Source: Candidatus Sulfomarinibacteraceae bacterium
GTDB taxonomy: Bacteria > Chloroflexota > Limnocylindria > Limnocylindrales > CSP1-4
Length of the DNA stretch: 40,017 nt
Direction: 5' to 3'
Assembly: GCA_035466655.1 (NCBI GenBank)
Contig: DATIUS010000077.1
Location: forward strand, 1 to 40,017
Part shown: positions 25,353 through 32,132 of the stretch, piece by piece
How positions within the stretch are numbered: position 1 is the first letter of the stretch
Layout: each line of letters opens with the position of its first letter
Made by a program: the position numbers and the translations under genes
Notes under the pieces: model-generated
Databases searched by the model: none
The model's input: only the letters and a program-made list of their open reading frames with translations
Told to the model about the DNA's origin: nothing

Positions 25353-26408
25353 TCAGCCGGGCGCCACGGCCTCCCCGAGGGTGAGCCCCGGATCGCCGAA
25401 CGGCAGGAGGTCGGCGCTCTCCAGCTCCATCACCGGGTAGGGCGCCCGGGCGGCCGTTCCGGGTGGTCCGGCGACGGGGAGCCCCAGGCCGCGGGCGAGC
25501 ATCTCGACCCCGGCGTGGCGCTCCGGAGCGAGGCCCGAGATCACGACGCCGGCCAGCCGAGCACCCATCGCGGCGACCTCGGTGAGGATCGCATCGCTCG
25601 TCACGCCGGTCGGATCGCCGGGATCCACGACGACGACGTCGTGCCGGCCGACCAGCCATCCGGCGGCCCGCCGACCCGGGATCCCGGCGGCCCACGTGGC
25701 GCCCACGCGGGCGAGATCCGGCCGCCCGCGCTCGATGGCCGGACCGCCACGTGTGGAGCCGATCGCGAAGGCAGCCCGGACGTCCGCCGGCTCCGCGAGG
25801 CCGGCGAGCTGCTGGAGGGTCACGAAGGTCGGCTGCCAGAGCTCGATCTCGCCGCGCATGGCCGCCCACAGGCCGTCAGCCGGCGTCAGCCAGCGAGCCT
25901 CGGCGACCTCCGCCGAGCCGGCGCGGACCTCCGTCCCTGGCGGGACGAAGGCGGCGAAGAAGCGGACGTCGAAGCGGCGAGCCAGCGAGACGGGGGTGAC
26001 CCAGCGCGTGAGGCCGATGAGGTCCCCGGCGCCGATCTCGATGCCGGTCTCCTCGCGCGTCTCGCGGACGGCGGCGGCGTGGTGGGCGAGGGCGGCGGCC
26101 GGGGTGAGCCCGCCGTCGGGCGCGATGCCGAGCCCCAGGTTGCGCGCGGCGGCGGCCTCGTCGATCCCCAATGCGCCGCGGGCCGCCGAATCGGCATCGG
26201 CGCTGTCCACGCGTCCGCCCGGGAAGACGTGGATCCCCGGCCCGAAGTCCATCGTCGTCGGACGGCGGGTCAGGAGGACCTCGAGGCCTGCCGGGCGCCG
26301 GCGCAGGAGGACGACGCTCGCGGCCGGGATCAGTCCCGGGCGTCGAGCGGGGTCGCCGCGGCGCGGCCCTTCGGGCGGCAGCGTCTCGCGCGCGGTCCGG
26401 GGCCTCAC
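25353..26408 (-). CDS. NUDIX hydrolase fused to a short, degenerate metallo-beta-lactamase-like C-terminal region
   Basis: 3' part of track ORF 25353..26945. GTG 26408 overlaps the GNAT stop (GTGA). The Nudix box is split: FPGGRVD...(about 36 aa)...AAVRETREETGIEI. The C-terminus VVVVDPGDP...VVISGLAPERHAG resembles only the first MBL motifs. Confidence 0.75.
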   Translation of the reverse strand: MRPRTARETLPPEGPRRGDPARRPGLIPAASVVLLRRRPAGLEVLLTRRPTTMDFGPGIHVFPGGRVDSADADSAARGALGIDEAAAARNLGLGIAPDGGLTPAAALAHHAAAVRETREETGIEIGAGDLIGLTRWVTPVSLARRFDVRFFAAFVPPGTEVRAGSAEVAEARWLTPADGLWAAMRGEIELWQPTFVTLQQLAGLAEPADVRAAFAIGSTRGGPAIERGRPDLARVGATWAAGIPGRRAAGWLVGRHDVVVVDPGDPTGVTSDAILTEVAAMGARLAGVVISGLAPERHAGVEMLARGLGLPVAGPPGTAARAPYPVMELESADLLPFGDPGLTLGEAVAPG

Positions 26409-26905
26409 AGCTCGAGCCGATAGGCGTGCAGCCATTCCCCTGGCTCGAACTCCCAATCGAGCTCGGGCACGTGCCGGAAGCCGAACGACCCGTAGAGTCG
26501 GTGGGCGGCGTGCATGAAGGGACGCGTGTAGATGCCGATCGACGACCGACCCGCCGCGCGGGCGCGCTCGATGCACGCGGAGACGAGGACCCGGCCGACG
26601 CCGCGTCCCTGCGCCTCGGGGGCGACCGCGAGCATCCGGAACGCGGCCGCGCTTTCCCCGAATACGCCTTCGAAGTACGGACCGGGTCCCGGAACGTAGG
26701 TCACGCCCCCGAGGACCATTCCGGTCGCCTCGTCCGCGGCGACGAGCACGGGCACGAGTGCCGCTCGACTGGCAACGTCGCGGAGCTCCGGGTAGTACGC
26801 CTCCTCGGTCTCGCCGACGGCGCGATATGCCTCGGCCGTGATCCGACCGAGGTGGCTGTATTCGTCGGGACGCGCCTCCCGGACGAGGATCCCAGCGCGG
26901 CTCAC
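26405..26905 (-). CDS. GNAT family N-acetyltransferase
   Basis: Last 166 codons of track ORF 26405..28939: [16 protein letters not shown]...[20 protein letters not shown] (motif A)...YGSFGF. GTG 26905 overlaps the upstream stop (GTGA). Confidence 0.85.
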   Translation of the reverse strand: MSRAGILVREARPDEYSHLGRITAEAYRAVGETEEAYYPELRDVASRAALVPVLVAADEATGMVLGGVTYVPGPGPYFEGVFGESAAAFRMLAVAPEAQGRGVGRVLVSACIERARAAGRSSIGIYTRPFMHAAHRLYGSFGFRHVPELDWEFEPGEWLHAYRLEL

Positions 26906-29037
26906 AGCGCGGCGGCCCGCTCGCGGAGCTGGGTCGCGAGGGCATCCGGGTCCGTCACCGGGACCTGGCAGGTGAAGCTCCGGCAGACGTATGCGGTCGG
27001 CGCCCCGCCGAGACGGGCCCGGCCCTGCATCAGCGGCACGGCACTCACCTCGGGATGGGCGGCCAGCGCGACGACTCGCGCTGGGTGAAGACCGGCGGCG
27101 GCGACCGCGAGCAGCGGGCGCGTGCCGGGCTCGTCCGGTCCCCCCACGATGGCGACCTCGGCGACATCCGATAGCGCGAGGTCGATCGCCGACAGCCACT
27201 TCGCGAAGGCCGTCGGGTACCGTGAGGCCAGCGGCGCGACGGCGGCGATCGCCCGCTCGGCGGCGCTCCGGTAGCGGCCCTCGCCGGTCAACGCGGCGAG
27301 GCGGAGGAGGGCGTGGGTCGCCATTGCGCCGCCCGACGGCGTCGCGTTGTCCTGGACGTCCTTCGGCCGCGTGATCAGGCGCTCGTGGTCCACCGCGGTG
27401 TCGAAGAACCCACCGGCCGGATCGGCAAATCGCTCGAGGACCGCGTCCGCGAGCCGCCGCGCGTCCAGGAACCAGCGCTCTTCGAACGTGGCCTCGTAGA
27501 GCGCCAGGAGACCGTCGGCCAGGCAGGCATAGTCCTCGAGGACACCGGCCGCCGTTGCGCGGCCGTCCTTCCACGACCTCCCAAGCCGGCCGTCGGGACC
27601 CAGAAGGCGATCGACGATCGTCGTCGCGGCCCGTTCCGCGGCAACCCGGTAGCGCGTCGCGTCCCCCGGCCGCGCCCCATCGGTCGCGAGTCCGATGATT
27701 CGGGCGGCGTCGGCCAGCGCAGCGATGGCGAGGCCGTTCCAGGCCGCGATCGCCTTGTCGTCGCGTGCCGGCTGGGACCGGCGGGAACGTGCCTCGAGGA
27801 GTCGCCCGCGGGCGGACGCGAGGATCGCCTCGATCTCGCTCGCCGTCCGGCCGAACCGGCCGGCGAGCTCGGCGGTCGGGCGGACGCGCGACAGGATCGT
27901 GACGCCCTCCCAGTTGCCGCCGTCCGTGACGCCATAGGCAGCGGCGAAGATCTCGGCGGCTTCCGCGACGCCCGCCTCCCCGAGCACCGACCGGACCTCG
28001 TCGGCCCGCCAGGTGAAGGTCGCGCCCTCGACCCCCTCGGTGTCGGCGTCCTGGCTCGCGGCGAAGGCGCCGTCCTCGGTCGTGAGCTCGCGGACCAGGT
28101 AATCGAGCGTCCCGGCGGCCACCTCGCGGTACGCGGTCGCGCCGGTGAGCGCCCAGGCGTGAAGGTAGACGCGGGCCAGCTGGGCGTTGTCGTAGAGCAT
28201 CTGCTCGAAGTGCGGGATGAGCCAGGCGGCATCGGTCGCATAGCGATGGAAGCCGCCGCCGAGCTGATCGTGAATCCCGCCGGCGGCCATGGCATCCAGC
28301 GCCCGGCGCGCAACAGCGAGTGGACGCGGTTCGCCGGTAGCCGCGGCCCGCCCGAGCAGGAACTCGATCGTCATCGGCTGCGGGAACTTGGGAGCGCCGC
28401 CCCACCCGCCGGTCGCCGCGTCGAAGCCCCGCTCGATGAGCATCACGGCCGTGTCGAGCAGGTCCGGACCCGGCTGCCCCGGGTCGCCGGGTCCCGTCAA
28501 TCGCGCCGTCTCGGCCAGGGAGGCGGCGAGCCGGGCGCCCGCGCCCTCGACCCCCGCCCGGTCCTCGCGCCACGCCCGCTCCACCCCCTCGAGGACCTGC
28601 CGGAAGCTCGGCATCCCGTGGCGCGGCTGGTCGGGGAAGTACGTCCCGCCGTAGAACGGTCGGCCCTCGGGCGTCAGGAAGACCGACATCGGCCAGCCGC
28701 CGCCGCCGCCGGTCATCGCCTGAACCGCGCCCATGTAGACCTGGTCCAGGTCCGGGCGCTCTTCGCGATCCACCTTGATCGGGATGAAGCGGGCGTTCAG
28801 GTAGGCCGCCGTCGCCTCGTCCTCGAACGATTCTCGCTCCATGACGTGGCACCAGTGGCAGGCCGCGTAGCCGATCGACAGGAAGATCGGCCGGTCCAGG
28901 AGCTTCGCCCGGGCCAGCGCGTCCGAGCCCCAGGGCCACCAGTCGACGGGATTGTGAGCGTGCTGGAGCAGGTACGGACTCGTCTCGCCGGCCAACCGGT
29001 TCGTGTGGCGAGGCTCGCCGCCCTCGGGGGACCCCAT
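26902..29037 (-). CDS. Thioredoxin-domain protein of the YyaL/DUF255 family with (alpha/alpha)6-barrel C-terminal domain
   Basis: Track ORF 26902..29070. [31 protein letters not shown] and [14 protein letters not shown] are hallmark DUF255 segments. ATG 29037 is preferred because TACCAT lies 8 nt upstream. Confidence 0.9.
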   Translation of the reverse strand: MGSPEGGEPRHTNRLAGETSPYLLQHAHNPVDWWPWGSDALARAKLLDRPIFLSIGYAACHWCHVMERESFEDEATAAYLNARFIPIKVDREERPDLDQVYMGAVQAMTGGGGGWPMSVFLTPEGRPFYGGTYFPDQPRHGMPSFRQVLEGVERAWREDRAGVEGAGARLAASLAETARLTGPGDPGQPGPDLLDTAVMLIERGFDAATGGWGGAPKFPQPMTIEFLLGRAAATGEPRPLAVARRALDAMAAGGIHDQLGGGFHRYATDAAWLIPHFEQMLYDNAQLARVYLHAWALTGATAYREVAAGTLDYLVRELTTEDGAFAASQDADTEGVEGATFTWRADEVRSVLGEAGVAEAAEIFAAAYGVTDGGNWEGVTILSRVRPTAELAGRFGRTASEIEAILASARGRLLEARSRRSQPARDDKAIAAWNGLAIAALADAARIIGLATDGARPGDATRYRVAAERAATTIVDRLLGPDGRLGRSWKDGRATAAGVLEDYACLADGLLALYEATFEERWFLDARRLADAVLERFADPAGGFFDTAVDHERLITRPKDVQDNATPSGGAMATHALLRLAALTGEGRYRSAAERAIAAVAPLASRYPTAFAKWLSAIDLALSDVAEVAIVGGPDEPGTRPLLAVAAAGLHPARVVALAAHPEVSAVPLMQGRARLGGAPTAYVCRSFTCQVPVTDPDALATQLRERAAAL

Positions 29038-29045
29038 CACCGTCG

Positions 29046-29051
29046 ATGGTA
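29046..29051 (-). promoter_or_regulatory. Candidate -10 hexamer TACCAT, 8 nt before ATG 29037 (yyaL-like gene)
   Basis: Reverse complement of atggta at 29046..29051. Confidence 0.4.
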
Positions 29052-29157
29052 CGCGGGCCAACGTCGGCACACCCGGAGTCTCGATGTGGAACGCTCGCCG
29101 GGCCCGGCGCCGTGCCCGGCGACGGCCATCATGACGCGGTCAAGCCTGCCGGTGCGG

Positions 29158-29163
29158 TACCGT
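29158..29163 (+). promoter_or_regulatory. Candidate -10 hexamer TACCGT, 7 nt before ATG 29171
   Basis: Read directly. Confidence 0.4.
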
Positions 29164-29170
29164 CCGGGCG

Positions 29171-29854
29171 ATGCGATCCAACGAGGTGCCCGGCTTCCTC
29201 CCGTCGCGGCACGGCTTCGCGTTCCCGAACCGATGGCCGACGGGACCCGCCTTCGAGTGGCGAGTCGGCTACCTGCGGATCGGGATCGGCGAGGTGTCCG
29301 ACGGCCTGTGCGGTGGGATGTGCTTCGCCGCTGCGGACGGGTTCCTTCGCGGCGGTGCGCCTCCGACGGACGCCGTTCCACCCGTGTTCGGGACGCCGCT
29401 CTTCGGCGAGATCGCTCGCCGCCAGCTTGATTCGCTGGAGCTCGGACTCGTCCCGCTCCGGTTCTGGTGGGCCTCGGCGCGGCTGCGTACCGGCCGCTGG
29501 ACCGGGCGCGACCAGGCCCGCGAGTGGCGGGCGATCCGCGCCGAGCTCGATGGCGGCCGGCCGGCCATGGTGGGGCTCGTCAGGGCTGCGACTGCCAATC
29601 CGCTCGCGCTGACCGCCAACCACCAGGTACTGGCCTTCGCCTACGAGGCAGGACCGGTCGATGCCACGATCCGGATCTACGACCCGAACCACCCCGGCCG
29701 CGATGATGTGACGATCCGGCTGCACGTGGCCGGCCGGTCCGTCACGGCCGGGCAGTCGACGGGTGAACCACTCCTGGGGGTGCTCAGCCTTCCCTATCGA
29801 CCGGCGCCGGAGCCGGCCGACGCGTCGGGACCGGCGGCCCGGCGCTCGCGATGA
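29171..29854 (+). CDS. Hypothetical protein, possible papain-like cysteine peptidase/amidase fold
   Basis: 227 aa with protein-like composition. Candidate Cys-His-Asp arrangement: GLCGGMCF (Cys47, nt 29309..29311), NHQVLAFAY (His151) and IYDPNHP (Asp171). TACCGT lies 7 nt upstream of the ATG. No family assigned. Confidence 0.6.
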   Translation: MRSNEVPGFLPSRHGFAFPNRWPTGPAFEWRVGYLRIGIGEVSDGLCGGMCFAAADGFLRGGAPPTDAVPPVFGTPLFGEIARRQLDSLELGLVPLRFWWASARLRTGRWTGRDQAREWRAIRAELDGGRPAMVGLVRAATANPLALTANHQVLAFAYEAGPVDATIRIYDPNHPGRDDVTIRLHVAGRSVTAGQSTGEPLLGVLSLPYRPAPEPADASGPAARRSR

Positions 29855-31112
29855 GGGAGGCAGTCGCGCGGACCCGGCGGAGCCACGCGTAGCCCGCCAG
29901 CCCAACGACCAGGCTCCCGGCGCCGCCGAAGGCGATCGAGAACGGGACGCCGTAGGCGGACGCCAGCGTGCCGGCCAGGAGCCCGCCGATCGGGGTCGAG
30001 CCGGCGAAGACGGTCGTGTAGACGCTCATCACCCGGCCGCGAAGGTGGTCGGGCACGATCAGCTGGATCGTGGTGTTGGCGGTCGCGGCCATGGCGATCC
30101 CGCCGAGCCCGACGAAGAACATCGCGACGAGCGCGACCCCGTACGAGCCGGACGCCGCGATGACGAGCTCGGCGAGGCCGAGGGCCGCGCCGCCCAGGCC
30201 GATCAGCGCCGGCCGGCTGCGCCGCCCGAAGGCGATCGCCATCGCCACCGAGAACGAGCCGAGGCCGGCGGCCGCCATCAGGAACCCGTAGCCGGCCGCG
30301 CCGGCATCGAGCACATCGCGGGCCAGTGCCGGCACGACCACCGAGAAGTTCATCCCGAACGTGGACACCAGGCCGATGACGAGGATTGCCAGGAGCACCA
30401 TCGGGGTCGAGCGGACGTAGCGCAGGCCCTCGGCGAGATCCGCGGCAACGCCCGCGACGGTCGTCGGGCGGGCGAGGCGTGGCGCCCTGGTGAGCCCGCT
30501 CTCGTCCATCGCGAGGTACGCCCCGATCACGGCGAGGAAGCTGATTCCGTTGGCGAGGAAGGCCACGGAGATGTCGGTCGCCCCGATCGTCACGCCGGCG
30601 ACCGCCGGCCCCACGATCCGGGCGCCATTGAAGACGGCCGAGTTGAGGGCCACGGCGTTGCCGATGTCGTCGCGGCCCACCATCTCGATCGCGAACGACT
30701 GCCGCGTCGGCATGTCGATCGCGTTCACGCAGCCGAGCGTGAAGGCGAGGGCGACGATGTGGCCGACCCCGACCGTGTGGGTGACCGTCAGGCCGAACAG
30801 CGCGAACGCCAGCAGCATGGCAATCGTCTGGGTCGCGACGAGCGTCCGCCGCTTCGGCAGCCCGTCGGCGATGAGCCCACCGAACAGGCCGAAGACGAGC
30901 ACGGGGCCGAACTGGGCGGCCGCCACGACACCCAGCCAGAACGGGTCGCCGGTCAGCTGGAGGACGAGCCAGCCCTGGGCGACCGATTGCATCCAGGTCC
31001 CGATGAGCGAGACGAGCTGGCCGACGAACGCGAACCGGAAGTTGCGGTGCCGGAGCGCCCGCCAGCCGCGGAATCCCGCGACGGCGGCGAGGGTCGGCCG
31101 GCGCTCGCTCAT
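29784..31112 (-). CDS. MFS transporter (MFS_3 / EntS-like)
   Basis: Track ORF 29784..31241. FRFAFVGQLVSLIGTWMQSVAQGWLVLQLTGDPFWLG is typical of this MFS subgroup. The start is placed at ATG 31112 (MSERRPTL). The 3' end overlaps the convergent gene by 71 nt. Confidence 0.85.
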   Translation of the reverse strand: MSERRPTLAAVAGFRGWRALRHRNFRFAFVGQLVSLIGTWMQSVAQGWLVLQLTGDPFWLGVVAAAQFGPVLVFGLFGGLIADGLPKRRTLVATQTIAMLLAFALFGLTVTHTVGVGHIVALAFTLGCVNAIDMPTRQSFAIEMVGRDDIGNAVALNSAVFNGARIVGPAVAGVTIGATDISVAFLANGISFLAVIGAYLAMDESGLTRAPRLARPTTVAGVAADLAEGLRYVRSTPMVLLAILVIGLVSTFGMNFSVVVPALARDVLDAGAAGYGFLMAAAGLGSFSVAMAIAFGRRSRPALIGLGGAALGLAELVIAASGSYGVALVAMFFVGLGGIAMAATANTTIQLIVPDHLRGRVMSVYTTVFAGSTPIGGLLAGTLASAYGVPFSIAFGGAGSLVVGLAGYAWLRRVRATASLIASAGPPVPTRRPAPAPVDREG

Positions 31113-31185
31113 TCGGCCGGGGTCGTTCGATTCGTGGCCACGGGACCAGTCTGGCCCAACCGCGCCGGATGAGTGTCGAGCGTCG

Positions 31186-31191
31186 TACGAT
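31186..31191 (+). promoter_or_regulatory. Candidate -10 hexamer TACGAT, 7 nt before ATG 31199 (LLM oxidoreductase)
   Basis: Read directly. Confidence 0.45.
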
Positions 31192-31198
31192 CGTCCGG

Positions 31199-32077
31199 AT
31201 GGACTTTGGGCTGATCCTGCCCTCGCTCGGCGACGAGGCAACTCACGAGGGGATCGATGCCGCCGGCGAGATCGCCGAGCGGCTCGGCTTCACCGACGCC
31301 TGGACGACCGATCATCTGCTCGTCGACCGCAGCGCCGCCGAGGACTACGGGACGATCTTCGAGGCGGTCACCACCCTCGCTTACCTCGCCGGCCGGACGA
31401 CGAAGGTCCGGCTCGGGGCAAGCGTGATCGTCGTCCCGATGCGAAACGCGGTCGTTCTCGCCAAGGAGCTGGCGACGATCGACAACCTGTCTGCCGGCCG
31501 GCTGATCGCCGGTGTCGGCGTCGGCTGGAGCCGGCCCGAGTTCGCGAGCGTCGGGGTCGCGGACCGGTTCGCGGTTCGTGGCGCGTACACGGACGAGGCG
31601 ATCCGCCTCTGGCGCCACCTCTGGTCCGGAGCGGACTGGCCATTCCACGGCCGGTTCACCACGCTCGACGACTACGTCTTCGGGCCGCTGCCGGCGCAAG
31701 GCGGCGCGCTGCCGATCTGGATCGGCGGGCGGTCGGAAGCCGCGCTCCGGCGGGCCGGCCGGCTCGCGGACACGTACCACGCGTCGGCGACGAGCCCGGC
31801 CGCGTTCGCGCCGCGGGTCCCGGTGATCCGGGCCGCGGCCGACGAGGCCGGCCGGCCGATGCCCGGGCTCTCGGCCCGAGTTCGCGTCCACCTGGGCGCG
31901 ACCGGGCCGGCCGACGGTTACGCGATGCGCGGGTCCGCGGACGATGTGGCGGCTGAGGTCCGGGCGTTCGCGGCGCTCGGTATCGGGCACCTCGCCCTCG
32001 CGTTCCCGTCACGCGACCCCGATGGGCTGGCGCGAGAGGCGGAGGCCTTCGTCCGCGAGGTCGTGCCGCTCGTCTGA
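31199..32077 (+). CDS. Luciferase-like monooxygenase (LLM) class oxidoreductase, probably F420-dependent
   Basis: Track ORF 31169..32077. MDFGLILPS, FTDAWTTDHLL, VIVVPMRN and LIAGVGVGW are LLM family segments. ATG 31199 is preferred because TACGAT lies 7 nt upstream. The cofactor cannot be determined from sequence alone. Confidence 0.85.
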   Translation: MDFGLILPSLGDEATHEGIDAAGEIAERLGFTDAWTTDHLLVDRSAAEDYGTIFEAVTTLAYLAGRTTKVRLGASVIVVPMRNAVVLAKELATIDNLSAGRLIAGVGVGWSRPEFASVGVADRFAVRGAYTDEAIRLWRHLWSGADWPFHGRFTTLDDYVFGPLPAQGGALPIWIGGRSEAALRRAGRLADTYHASATSPAAFAPRVPVIRAAADEAGRPMPGLSARVRVHLGATGPADGYAMRGSADDVAAEVRAFAALGIGHLALAFPSRDPDGLAREAEAFVREVVPLV

Positions 32078-32132
32078 ACGAGGTTCCGTGTGAACGGGGT
32101 TCGGTGACCCTGCCGGCGCGAGCGCCGCCAGG

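Noticed and set aside
25353-26945. The 530-aa ORF taken as a single protein.
   Set aside because: The first ~179 codons are Arg/Gly/Pro-rich and overlap the well-supported GNAT gene in another frame. An in-frame GTG at 26408 overlaps the GNAT stop and precedes the conserved NUDIX part.
31120-31140. GTTCGATTC-like string that superficially resembles a tRNA T-loop.
   Set aside because: The flanking bases do not form a T-stem or an acceptor stem. No cloverleaf can be drawn. It lies in the divergent promoter region between the MFS and LLM genes.
183-31172. Many long ORFs in the supplied track, for example 183..1217(-), 1317..2747(+), 1408..2769(-), 2744..4417(-), the bulk of 3147..4922(+), 5368..6444(-), 7045..8526(+), 10347..13172(+), 14567..15742(-), 17041..18930(+), 17826..19556(-), 19144..21915(+), 23254..24933(+) except its last 60 codons, 27313..29430(+), 29763..31172(+), 33636..35081(+) and 36530..38158(+).
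   Set aside because: Their translations are dominated by Arg/Pro/Gly/Ala runs with no recognisable motifs. They lie antisense or out of frame to ORFs with clear family signatures. This is typical stop-codon-poor artefact in very GC-rich DNA.
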